Positions 46,744 through 55,838 of a stretch of DNA of 64,000 nt are shown one piece after another (position 1 is the stretch's first letter; each line of letters begins with the position of its first letter). The translations under genes and the position numbers were made by a program. Origin of the DNA: an uncultured Enterobacteriaceae bacterium (GTDB lineage Bacteria; Pseudomonadota; Gammaproteobacteria; Burkholderiales; SG8-39). The stretch lies in NCBI GenBank assembly GCA_964651335.1, contig CAZYVT010000005.1:7719-71718 (forward strand), written 5' to 3'. The notes below the pieces were generated by a model, which was given only the letters and a program-made list of their open reading frames with translations, did no database searches and was not told the origin of the DNA.

Positions 46744-49700
46744 AACCGCATGCCGACCTGCATCGCGACGACCCGTTCCTGGATCGCACGCAGACGGATG
46801 AGCAGTTGTTGCGCTTCCGCGCGGCGATGGACATGTCCGGCGATGCCATCTACCTGGTCGATCGCGCCACCATGCGGTTCGTCGATGTCAACCAGACCGC
46901 CTGCACGCGAATGGGGTATTCGCGGGATGAACTGCTGAAGATGGGGCCGCAGGACCTGTTGCTGGCGGACCGCAAGGAACTCGAGCAGAAGTACGAGGAG
47001 GTCATCGCCGCGGGCGCCGAGGGTACCAGGACGGAATCCTCGGCGCGCACCAAGGACGGCCGCAAAACGGTGACCGAGTTGCACCGGCGCGCGATGCGCT
47101 CGGGCGACGGCTGGATCATCGTCAGCATCGCGCGCGACATCACCCGGCGCAAGCGCGCCGAGCGGGCAGCGCAGCGAATCGGGAGAATGTTCTCCGCGCT
47201 CAGCGCAACCAACGAGGCGATCCTGCGCACCAAGCTGCAGGGAGAACTGTACCAGCAGGTGTGCGACGCCGCGGTGCGAGACGGCCAGTTCGTCACCACT
47301 GCGGCGGTGTTCACCCCCGATCCGGAGACGCGCTGGGCGAAGGTCTCCGCCGTGACCGGCACGGGGGAGCGGCATTTGCGGGAAGCCCGCGTTTCGATGG
47401 ACCAGGCCACGCCCGAGGGACGCGGCCTGATCGGCACCGCGTTCCGCACCCTCAAATCCTGCGTCAGCAACGATTTCCTCAACGACGAACGCTCGCTGCC
47501 CTGGCGCGGGCCGGCGCGGGAATCGGGGATCCTCGCCGCTGCTGCGGTGCCCCTGCTGAAGGGGGGAGACGCCGTCGGCGTGCTGCTGTTCTGCTCCGAT
47601 GAGGTCGGCGCGTTCGACGACGAGATCGTCAAACTGCTGGAACGCATGGCGGAAAACGTTTCGTTCGCGCTGGAAAGCTTCGCGCGCGACGCCAAGCGCC
47701 GGCGTGCGAAGAAGGCCATGCTGGCGAGCGAAGAGAAGTACCGCCTCATCCTCGAGAGCATCGAGGAGGCCTATTACGAAGTCGACCTGAAGGGCAATCT
47801 GGTCTTCATCAATCCTGCGCTCTGCCGCCTGCTCGGGTATCCGGAAAGCGAACTGATCGGAATGAACAATCGTCTGTATCAGGCGCCGGGGGTAGCGGCC
47901 AGCGTGTACACGACGTTCAATGACGTATACCGCACCGGCGTGCCGGCCTACGCCTACGACTGGGAAATGGTGCGCAAGGACGGCAGCAAGGTGCTGGTCG
48001 AAGGCTCGGTCAACCTGATCAAGGACGGCCACGGGAGGCCGGCCGGGTTCCGCGGCATGCTGCGCGACGTAACGGCGCGCCGGCGGGTCGAGCAGGCGCT
48101 GCGCGAGAGCGAGGCGCGCTTCCGCAGCCTGACCGAGCTCTCCTCGGACTGGTACTGGGAGCAGGACGCCGAATTCCGCTTCTCCCGCTTCGAAGGCCGG
48201 GGTTCGGGGAGCGCGGACGACAAACTGAGAAAACGATTTCTAGGAAAGCGGCCATGGGAATTCGGTCACAACGTCGAGTGCGAGGGGGGTTGGGATGCGC
48301 ACCGCGCGGTGCTGCACGCGCGCGAGCCGTTCCGCGACCAGATCTACAGCCGCCTGCTGCCGGACGGGACGCGGAGTTACACCAGCGTGAGCGGCGAGCC
48401 GATGTTCGACGCCACCGGCCGCTTCGCCGGCTACCGCGGCGTCGGGCGCGACATCACCGAGCGCAAGCGGGCCGAGGAGCGCATCGAGTACCTGGCCACG
48501 CACGACGGCCTGACCGGCCTGCCGAACCGCGTGATGTTCAGCCAGATGCTCAACCTCGCGATCGGATCGGCGCGGCGCTACGGGCGCAAGCTCGCCTTGC
48601 TGTTCATCGACCTGGACCGGTTCAAGATCGTCAACGACACGCTCGGCCACGAGGCGGGCGACGCGCTGCTGAAGCAGGTGTCGGCGCGCCTGCGGGAGTG
48701 CCTGCGCGCGAGCGACGTCGTCGCCCGACTGGGCGGCGACGAGTTCGTGGTGCTGGTCCAGGAAGTGAACGAGGCCGGCGAGGTCGCGGCGGTCGCGCGC
48801 AAGATCCTTTCCGCCGTCATCGAGCCGGTGGTGTTGGGCGGGCAGGAGTGCCGCGTGACGGCAAGCGTGGGCATCTCCATGTATCCGGCGGACGCGCAGG
48901 ACGAGCAATCCCTGATGAAGAACGCCGACATCGCCATGTACCTCGCCAAGGAAGAAGGCAAGAACAACTTCCAGTTCTACTCCAGCAACATCAAGACCCG
49001 ATCGCTCGACCACATCGCGCTCGAGACGAGTCTGCGCGATGCCCTGGAGCGGAGCGAGTTTTTCCTCCACTACCAGCCCAAGCTGGACCTCTGGACCGGG
49101 GCGATTTCCGGTGTCGAGGCGCTGCTGCGCTGGCAGAACCCGAAACTCGGCCTGGTGTCGCCGGCGCAGTTCATTCCGGTCGCCGAGGAAACCGGGATCA
49201 TCCTGCCGATCGGCAAGTGGGTGCTGAAGACCGCCTGTGAGCAGAACGTGGCCTGGCAGCGCGAGGGCCTGCCGCCGGTGTGCATGGCGGTGAACCTCTC
49301 GCCGCGCCAGTTCTTCGATCCGGACCTTCTTCCGGACATCGCCGCCGCGCTGCGGGATACCGGCATGGCGCCGGAGCTGCTCGAACTCGAGATCACCGAG
49401 AGCATGGTGATGCACAACACCGACCGGGCGGTCCAACTGCTCGGCGCCATCAAGCGGATGGGCGTGCGGCTCGCGATCGACGATTTCGGCACCGGCCACT
49501 CATCGCTCGCGCAACTCAAGCGCTTCCCGATCGACACGCTCAAACTGGACCGTTCCTTCATCCGCGACATTCCCGGCGATTCGGAGGACAGCGCGATTGC
49601 GCAGGCGATCATCGCGATGGGCAGGAGCCTGAGCCTCACGGTCGTCGCAGAAGGCGTCGAGACACCGGAACAACTGGCGTTCCTGCGGCAGCACGCCTGC

Positions 49701-49907
49701 GACCAGATGCAGGGCTACTACTTCAGCAAGCCGATCGCTCCCGAGCGATTCGCCGCTCTGCTGGGCGAGCACGATCCTGCAAAGGCAAGAGCCGCCGCGC
49801 CCGCGGGGGATCCGCAAATGCCCAGCGCCCGGCCTCGGTGCGCCATTGCCTTGTCGGTTCCGGCTTTCGCCGCGGCACCTGCAACGGCATCGTCGTACCC
49901 CGAGTGA
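46740..49907 (+). CDS. PAS-GAF-PAS-PAS-GGDEF-EAL protein
   Basis: RASD I-site, GGDEF, EALLRW, DDFGTG; start ATG 46740. Confidence 0.93.
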   Translation: MKPHADLHRDDPFLDRTQTDEQLLRFRAAMDMSGDAIYLVDRATMRFVDVNQTACTRMGYSRDELLKMGPQDLLLADRKELEQKYEEVIAAGAEGTRTESSARTKDGRKTVTELHRRAMRSGDGWIIVSIARDITRRKRAERAAQRIGRMFSALSATNEAILRTKLQGELYQQVCDAAVRDGQFVTTAAVFTPDPETRWAKVSAVTGTGERHLREARVSMDQATPEGRGLIGTAFRTLKSCVSNDFLNDERSLPWRGPARESGILAAAAVPLLKGGDAVGVLLFCSDEVGAFDDEIVKLLERMAENVSFALESFARDAKRRRAKKAMLASEEKYRLILESIEEAYYEVDLKGNLVFINPALCRLLGYPESELIGMNNRLYQAPGVAASVYTTFNDVYRTGVPAYAYDWEMVRKDGSKVLVEGSVNLIKDGHGRPAGFRGMLRDVTARRRVEQALRESEARFRSLTELSSDWYWEQDAEFRFSRFEGRGSGSADDKLRKRFLGKRPWEFGHNVECEGGWDAHRAVLHAREPFRDQIYSRLLPDGTRSYTSVSGEPMFDATGRFAGYRGVGRDITERKRAEERIEYLATHDGLTGLPNRVMFSQMLNLAIGSARRYGRKLALLFIDLDRFKIVNDTLGHEAGDALLKQVSARLRECLRASDVVARLGGDEFVVLVQEVNEAGEVAAVARKILSAVIEPVVLGGQECRVTASVGISMYPADAQDEQSLMKNADIAMYLAKEEGKNNFQFYSSNIKTRSLDHIALETSLRDALERSEFFLHYQPKLDLWTGAISGVEALLRWQNPKLGLVSPAQFIPVAEETGIILPIGKWVLKTACEQNVAWQREGLPPVCMAVNLSPRQFFDPDLLPDIAAALRDTGMAPELLELEITESMVMHNTDRAVQLLGAIKRMGVRLAIDDFGTGHSSLAQLKRFPIDTLKLDRSFIRDIPGDSEDSAIAQAIIAMGRSLSLTVVAEGVETPEQLAFLRQHACDQMQGYYFSKPIAPERFAALLGEHDPAKARAAAPAGDPQMPSARPRCAIALSVPAFAAAPATASSYPE

Positions 49908-49938
49908 GCCAGGACAGGCCTCGCGCCACCGCATAGGC

Positions 49939-50031
49939 GCGCACCGCTCCGGGTTCAGGCTATTCAGGCCTTCGCTTCAGGGTTCCCCCGATGGTACGAC
50001 TTGCCGCGTTCCGGTACGTTGGCGTCCATGA
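49939..50031 (+). promoter_or_regulatory. ~90-bp duplicated promoter region (box copy 3)
   Basis: TCAGGGTTCCCCCGATGG at 49977; TACGTT at 50015. Confidence 0.75.
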
Positions 50032-50083
50032 GATCCGCGCTTTTCCAGACCGACCGTGCCGTCCACCGAAATGGGAGCCACTG

Positions 50084-50608
50084 ATGCGCCTGCTGCTCGT
50101 CGAGGATTACCGATTCATACGCAACTTCATATGCACCCTGCTCGCATCGATCCCGGGGGCGGAGGTGGTCGCGCAAGCGTCCTCGGGAGAGGAGGCGGTC
50201 GCGCTGGCGCGCGATCTGCGCCCCGACGTGGTGCTGATGGACATTTCCCTGGAAGGGATGAACGGCCTGGTGGCGACCGAGACCATTCGCCGCGAACTGC
50301 CCGAGGTGCGCGTGCTCATCGTATCGCGGCACATGGAGGCGGAATACGTGCTGCTGGCGTTCCGCGCCGGCGCCTGCGGGTATCTGCCCAAATGCGGGAC
50401 GGGAGCGGAACTGGGGTTGGCGCTCGCGGCATTGGAGCGCGGCGAGGCCTGGTTCAGCCCTTCGCTGCCTCACGAGGAGTTCGACTACTGCGCCCAGCAC
50501 CTGGCTGGGAATGGCGAGCCGCGCGCGCGGCAATGGCGCGAATCCATCACGCTCGCCGCGGCAGTCCGAAGCAACCAAGAGGACAACCGTGAAACCGTCC
50601 ATGCATGA
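50084..50608 (+). CDS. NarL-type receiver domain lacking the HTH
   Basis: LLVED, VLMDISL, GYLPK; no LuxR HTH before the stop. Confidence 0.8.
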   Translation: MRLLLVEDYRFIRNFICTLLASIPGAEVVAQASSGEEAVALARDLRPDVVLMDISLEGMNGLVATETIRRELPEVRVLIVSRHMEAEYVLLAFRAGACGYLPKCGTGAELGLALAALERGEAWFSPSLPHEEFDYCAQHLAGNGEPRARQWRESITLAAAVRSNQEDNRETVHA

Positions 50609-53600
50609 ATTAGCCTGCGCTCGACCGTCGCGCGACGCCGCGGAGCCGCACACGGGGCCGATCGGCGCCGGGAAGGAGTTTTCTGGAGGACGCAAGGACG
50701 GGACGGAATTTCCGATCGAGATGAGTCTCAGCCCCGATTCGGAGACCGGTGCAACGGTATGCGTGGTGCGCGACATCACCGAGCGCAAGCGCACCGACCG
50801 CCTGCTGCGCCAGCTCACCGAGGGGACGGCATCGGCTACCGGCGAGGAGTTCATGCGCACGCTGACGCGCAGTCTTGCCGAGATGCTGGGCGTCCGCTAT
50901 GCGTTCGTCGGCGAGTTCGCCCGAGGCGGGCGCGACCGGGTGAAGGTGATCGCATTCTGGAACGGTCTGGAGCACGCCGAGCCTTTCGAGTACCCGCTGG
51001 CGGGCACACCATGCAGCGTCGCGATCGGCGAAGCGGAGTGCTTCTATCCGCGTGGCGTTCAGGAGCAGTTCCCGCAAGACGAAGGCCTGGTGGGACTCGC
51101 CGTCCACTGCTATCTGGGGGTAAGGCTGCAATCCGCCGAGGGCGAGCCGCTCGGCCTGCTGACCGTGATGCATACCCGGTCTCTGGAGGACGAGGCAGTC
51201 GCGCGCTCCGTGCTGCGCATCTTCGCCGCGCGCGCCGCTGCGGAGATCGAGCGCCTGCGGGCGACCGCCGCGCTCGAGCGCAGCGAGGAGCGCTTCGGCA
51301 AAGTCTTTCGCTCCAGTCCGGCCGCGATCCTGATCACCCGGCTCGCGGATGGCAAGATCATCAACATGAACGACACCGCCTGCGAGCTGCTCGGCTACTC
51401 CCAGCAGGAAGTCGCGGGGCATACCACCGTCGAACTCGGCGTCTGGATCGATGCGTCCGAGCGCGAGCGCATCGTGGAGATGCTGCGCCGAACTGGAACA
51501 GTACAGGGCGTTGAGCACCGCATCCGCCGCAAGTCGGGCGAAATTCGCGTTGTCCGGGACCGGATCGACCGGATCGAGATCGAAGGCGCGCAGTGCCTCG
51601 TCGGCTCGATGCAGGATGTGACCGAGGCGCGCGGCGCGGAAGAGGCGCTGCGCGCAAGCGAGGGGCAGTTGCGCCTCATCACCGAAAACATCCCGGCGGG
51701 GGTTGCCTATATCAGCCGCGATCTGAGGATCCGGGCAGCCAACCGTCGCTACGTGGAACTGCATTTCCAGCCCGGTGCAGATCCCATCGGCCGGCACGTA
51801 CGCGAGGTGGTCGGCGAGCCGGACTGGCCGGAGGTCGAGAAACAAATCGCAAGGGTCGTCGCCGGCGAGTCTCTCGTTTACCAGCGTACTCAACAGGGCT
51901 CCGGCGGCGAGCGGCGCAAGATCCAGGTGCACCTCCAGCCGAACCGCTCGGCCGGCGGCGAGGTCCTCGGCTATTACGCATTCGTCCTCGACATCACCAG
52001 GCGCAAACGGGCCGAGCAAGCGCTGCGCGAAAGCGAGGCGCAGTTGCGCCTCATCACCGAGAACATCCCGGCTGGTGTCGCCTACACCGATCGCGATCTG
52101 ACGATCCGGGCTGCGAACCACCAATATGCTGACCTGATTTTCAATCCTGGTTCCGACGTCGTCGGAGCGCAGGTGCGCGATATGGTTGGCGAGAAGGTAT
52201 GGCCGGAAATCAGCGAGCAGATCGCAAGGGCCCTCGGCGGCGAGACCGTCGTTTACCAACGCACGCACGAGCGTTCGGACGGCGTGCGGCGTGAGATCGA
52301 GGTTCACCTCCTGCCGAACCGTCGGGACGGGGGCGACGTTCTCGGCTACTACACGTTCGTCCTCGACATCACCGAGCGCAAACTGGCCGAGCAGGCGCTG
52401 CGATTGCGCGACCGCGCCCTGGAGGCGAGCGTCAACGCGATCATGATCACCGATGCGTTGCATGCGGACAATCCGATCGTGTACGTGAATCCGGCGTTCG
52501 AGCGCAACACCGGTTATTCCGCCGCCGAAGCACTCGGACGTAACCCCCGCTTCCTGCTCGGCGCCGACACCGACCAGCCTGTGCTGGAGACGCTGCGCAC
52601 GGCGCGGCGCGAGCACCGCGAAGCGAGCGCGCTGCTGCGCAACTACCGCAAGGACGGGACGCAGTTCTGGAACGAGCTGCGCATCGCGCCGGTGCGCGAC
52701 GCATCCGGCCAAGTCACGCATTACGTGGGGGTGCAGAACGACGTCAGCGAGCGCGTGCGCTACCAGGCCGAGCTCGAGCGGCAGGCGAACTTCGACCCGC
52801 TCACCGGACTGGCCAATCGCAACCTGCTTTCCGACCGGTTGCGCCAGACGATCGCGCGCGCGGAGCGCTCGGGCCGCGTCGGGGCAGTGCTGTTCCTCGA
52901 TCTCGACCGATTCAAGGTGATCAACGACAGCCTGGGCCACGCCATGGGCGACCGGGTGCTGGCGCAAGTCGGTTGGCGTCTGTCGGAGGCCGTACGCGGC
53001 GACGACACGGTGGCGCGCACGGGCGGCGACGAGTTCGTCGTCGTGCTGGCGGACCTGGCGCGCGAAGAAGACGTGGCGATCGTCGCGCAGAAGCTGATCG
53101 GCGTCGTGGCGAGTCCTTTGTCGGTCGAAGGGCGTGAATTTCTGATCTCGACGAGTATCGGCGTCACCGTCTTTCCGAGGGACGCCACGGACCCCGAAAC
53201 GCTGCTCAAGTACGCGGACGCCGCCCTGTACCGCGCAAAGGACCGTGGCCGTGGCTGCGTGGCGTTTTTCGCGCGGGAAATGAACGACCGCGCGGTGAGC
53301 TACTTCAATCTCGAGCGCGACCTGCGGCGAGCGCTCGAGCGCGGCGAGTTCGTCTTGCACTACCAGCCCATCGTGACCCTGCCTGGCGGCGAGGTGACGG
53401 GCGCCGAGGCGCTCGTCCGCTGGCGCCGTGAGTCGGGGGAGTTGGTTTCGCCCGCGGACTTCATCCCGGTCGCCGAGGAATCCGGCCTGATCGTGCCGCT
53501 CGGGGCCTGGGTGCTCAAAGCGGCCGTCGCGCAGGCGCTCGAATGGAACCGCAACGGTCACCGGCGCCTGAGCGTCGCGGTGAATCTCTCGGCGCGCCAG

Positions 53601-54080
53601 TTCCGCGACCCGAAGCTCGTCGACATGGTGCGCGACACGCTTCTGGAAACCGGGCTCGACCCGCGATTGCTGAAGCTCGAAATCACCGAATCGACGGTGA
53701 TGCATAACGCCGAGGAGGCGATCGCCGCGCTGCGCGCGCTGAAGGAGATCGGCGTGAGCCTCTCGGTGGACGACTTCGGCACCGGTTACTCGTCGCTCAG
53801 CTATCTGAAGCGCTTGCCGCTCGACAGCCTCAAGATCGACCGCTCGTTCGTGCGGGACATACCCGGCGATCGCGACGACATGGCCATCACCCGCGCGGTG
53901 ATCGATCTGGCGCACAGCCTCGAGCTGGAGGTCATCGCGGAGGGTGTTGAAAACGAGCAGCAGCTGAAGTTCCTGATCGCCCGGGGCTGCGATCATGCGC
54001 AGGGCTACCTGTTCGGCAAGCCGCTCGAGGCCGAGGCGTTCGTCAAGCTCGTCGCGGAGCGCGGCAAGCCGTCTCCCTGA
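50601..54080 (+). CDS. (partial PAS)-GAF-PASx3-LOV-like PAS-GGDEF-EAL protein
   Basis: RGDD I-site, GGDEF, EALVRW, DDFGTGYSS; GRNPRFL; start uncertain. Confidence 0.9.
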   Translation: MHELACARPSRDAAEPHTGPIGAGKEFSGGRKDGTEFPIEMSLSPDSETGATVCVVRDITERKRTDRLLRQLTEGTASATGEEFMRTLTRSLAEMLGVRYAFVGEFARGGRDRVKVIAFWNGLEHAEPFEYPLAGTPCSVAIGEAECFYPRGVQEQFPQDEGLVGLAVHCYLGVRLQSAEGEPLGLLTVMHTRSLEDEAVARSVLRIFAARAAAEIERLRATAALERSEERFGKVFRSSPAAILITRLADGKIINMNDTACELLGYSQQEVAGHTTVELGVWIDASERERIVEMLRRTGTVQGVEHRIRRKSGEIRVVRDRIDRIEIEGAQCLVGSMQDVTEARGAEEALRASEGQLRLITENIPAGVAYISRDLRIRAANRRYVELHFQPGADPIGRHVREVVGEPDWPEVEKQIARVVAGESLVYQRTQQGSGGERRKIQVHLQPNRSAGGEVLGYYAFVLDITRRKRAEQALRESEAQLRLITENIPAGVAYTDRDLTIRAANHQYADLIFNPGSDVVGAQVRDMVGEKVWPEISEQIARALGGETVVYQRTHERSDGVRREIEVHLLPNRRDGGDVLGYYTFVLDITERKLAEQALRLRDRALEASVNAIMITDALHADNPIVYVNPAFERNTGYSAAEALGRNPRFLLGADTDQPVLETLRTARREHREASALLRNYRKDGTQFWNELRIAPVRDASGQVTHYVGVQNDVSERVRYQAELERQANFDPLTGLANRNLLSDRLRQTIARAERSGRVGAVLFLDLDRFKVINDSLGHAMGDRVLAQVGWRLSEAVRGDDTVARTGGDEFVVVLADLAREEDVAIVAQKLIGVVASPLSVEGREFLISTSIGVTVFPRDATDPETLLKYADAALYRAKDRGRGCVAFFAREMNDRAVSYFNLERDLRRALERGEFVLHYQPIVTLPGGEVTGAEALVRWRRESGELVSPADFIPVAEESGLIVPLGAWVLKAAVAQALEWNRNGHRRLSVAVNLSARQFRDPKLVDMVRDTLLETGLDPRLLKLEITESTVMHNAEEAIAALRALKEIGVSLSVDDFGTGYSSLSYLKRLPLDSLKIDRSFVRDIPGDRDDMAITRAVIDLAHSLELEVIAEGVENEQQLKFLIARGCDHAQGYLFGKPLEAEAFVKLVAERGKPSP
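51645..52394 (+). repeat. Tandem 375-bp PAS duplication
   Basis: GCAGTTGCGCCTCATCACCGA and TTCGTCCTCGACATCACC recur with a 375-bp period. Confidence 0.85.
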
Positions 54081-54115
54081 AATAGGCCGCGGCGGCCGCA
54101 ACGGCCGGCCCAGCG

Positions 54116-55054
54116 CTAAACGACGCGCGTCAGCACCGGCTTGCCGGCGAAGTGAGCGCGCAGGTTGTCCACCTGCAGCATGCCCATCGCCAAGCGCGTC
54201 TCGTTCGTCGCGCTGCCGACGTGCGGATAGATCACCGCATTCTGCAAGGCGAAAAATTCGGGATTCACGTTCGGTTCGTTCTCGAACACGTCCAGGCCGG
54301 CGCCGGCGATGCGTTCCTCCTTCAGGTAGCGAATCAGTACCGGCTCATCAATGACCGAGCCGCGCGAGATGTTGATCACGTAACCCTTGGGCCCCAGCGC
54401 GTCGAGAACTTTCGCATTGACAATCTGATTTGTTTGCGGTCCGGCGGAGGTCGCTATCAGGAGCACGTCGGAGTTCTTCGCAAGAAGTTCCGGGCTGGGG
54501 TCGTATGGATAGGGAACACTCTTTCTCGAGCGACTGTGGTATCGAATCTTCATGCCAAACGCCTCTGCGCGCTTCGCGATCGTCTCCCCAATGCGCCCAA
54601 GTCCGAGGATGCCGATGGTCTTGTCCTTTACCTGGGCGGATAGTGGAGGTGCGCCACGCGTCGTCCAGTAGCCGGCGCGGAGGTATGCCTCGCACTGAGG
54701 ATACCTGTGCAATACATTGAGCACGAGCGACATCGCGGTTTCGGCGACACAGTCGTTCAGCACATCCGGCGTGTTGGTAACGATAATCCCTCGCCTCTTC
54801 GCCTCGTCGAGATCGATGGCATCGACGCCAACTCCCATATTGGCGATGATCTCCAGCTTGGGGAGGGCGGCAATGAGCGCCTTGTCCGCGCCCCATTTTC
54901 CGAATGTCGCGAGCGCGCGCACATTCGGGGCGTGTTTCTTGAGAAACGCATCCCGATCCGCGGCTTCATACAACCGGTGGCAGGTAAAACTCTTCTCGAG
55001 CTGCTCCTGGACGGGCGCGTAAAGCTCGATCGTCAGCATGATCGGTGCGTTCAT
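54116..55054 (-). CDS. D-2-hydroxyacid dehydrogenase
   Basis: TNTPDVL, GLGRIG, NISRG, LDVFENEP, PHVGS. Confidence 0.93.
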   Translation of the reverse strand: MNAPIMLTIELYAPVQEQLEKSFTCHRLYEAADRDAFLKKHAPNVRALATFGKWGADKALIAALPKLEIIANMGVGVDAIDLDEAKRRGIIVTNTPDVLNDCVAETAMSLVLNVLHRYPQCEAYLRAGYWTTRGAPPLSAQVKDKTIGILGLGRIGETIAKRAEAFGMKIRYHSRSRKSVPYPYDPSPELLAKNSDVLLIATSAGPQTNQIVNAKVLDALGPKGYVINISRGSVIDEPVLIRYLKEERIAGAGLDVFENEPNVNPEFFALQNAVIYPHVGSATNETRLAMGMLQVDNLRAHFAGKPVLTRVV

Positions 55055-55058
55055 ATGA

Positions 55059-55829
55059 CTACCGAAGAAGGTCGAACTTGGCGGCTAGCGCCTCTGCCCC
55101 GCGTGCGAGGATACCGACGTCTGCTCCAACTGCGACGAACAAAGCCCCGGCTGCGAGCATCCGTTTCGCATCGGCTTCGACCGGCGACAGGTAGCCGGGC
55201 GCGCGGCCGGCCTTGCGGATGCGGCGCATCGCTTCCTCCATCAGCGGCACGACTGCCGGGTTCGCAGTCTCGCCGGTGTAGCCGAGCGAGGCGTGCAGGT
55301 CCGCCGGTCCGATGAAGACGCCGTCGACCCCTTCCACTGCGCAGATCGCCTCGATGCCGTCCAGCCCTTCCTTCGTTTCGACCTGTACCAGGACGCAGAT
55401 CTCTTCGTGCGCCTTTTTCGCATAGCCCTGCACGCGGCCAAAGCGCGTGGCGCGCGTAGTCCCTGCGACCCCGCGCACACCCGCCGGCGGGTAGCGGGTC
55501 GCGGCGACGGCGGCTTTCGCCTCGGCTACCGTCGAGACGTACGGAATCAGAAGCGACAGCGCGCCCACGTCGAGCACGCGCTTGATCGTCACGATGTCGT
55601 TCCACGGCACGCGCACGACCGGTGCGGTCGGATAGGGCGCCGCCGCCTGCAATTGCGCGAGCAGCGACTCGAGGTCGTTCGGCGAGTGCTCCATGTCGAG
55701 CAGGATCCAGTCGAACCCGGCGCCCGCGATCACCTCGACCGTGTAGTGCGAAGACAGGCTCGACCAGAGCCCGATCTGCACTTTGCCCGCCCCTAGCGCG
55801 CGCTTGAATGCGTTCTGCGGAAGTTCCAT
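55059..55829 (-). CDS. HpcH/HpaI family class II aldolase
   Basis: DMEHSP, RYPPAGVRG, QVET, FIGPADL. Confidence 0.93.
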   Translation of the reverse strand: MELPQNAFKRALGAGKVQIGLWSSLSSHYTVEVIAGAGFDWILLDMEHSPNDLESLLAQLQAAAPYPTAPVVRVPWNDIVTIKRVLDVGALSLLIPYVSTVAEAKAAVAATRYPPAGVRGVAGTTRATRFGRVQGYAKKAHEEICVLVQVETKEGLDGIEAICAVEGVDGVFIGPADLHASLGYTGETANPAVVPLMEEAMRRIRKAGRAPGYLSPVEADAKRMLAAGALFVAVGADVGILARGAEALAAKFDLLR

Positions 55830-55838
55830 CGTTTCCTT

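Noticed and set aside
36268..54101. Very long minus-strand ORFs (891, 1148, 1163 aa)
   Set aside because: Antisense shadows of high-GC plus-strand genes; no recognisable motifs
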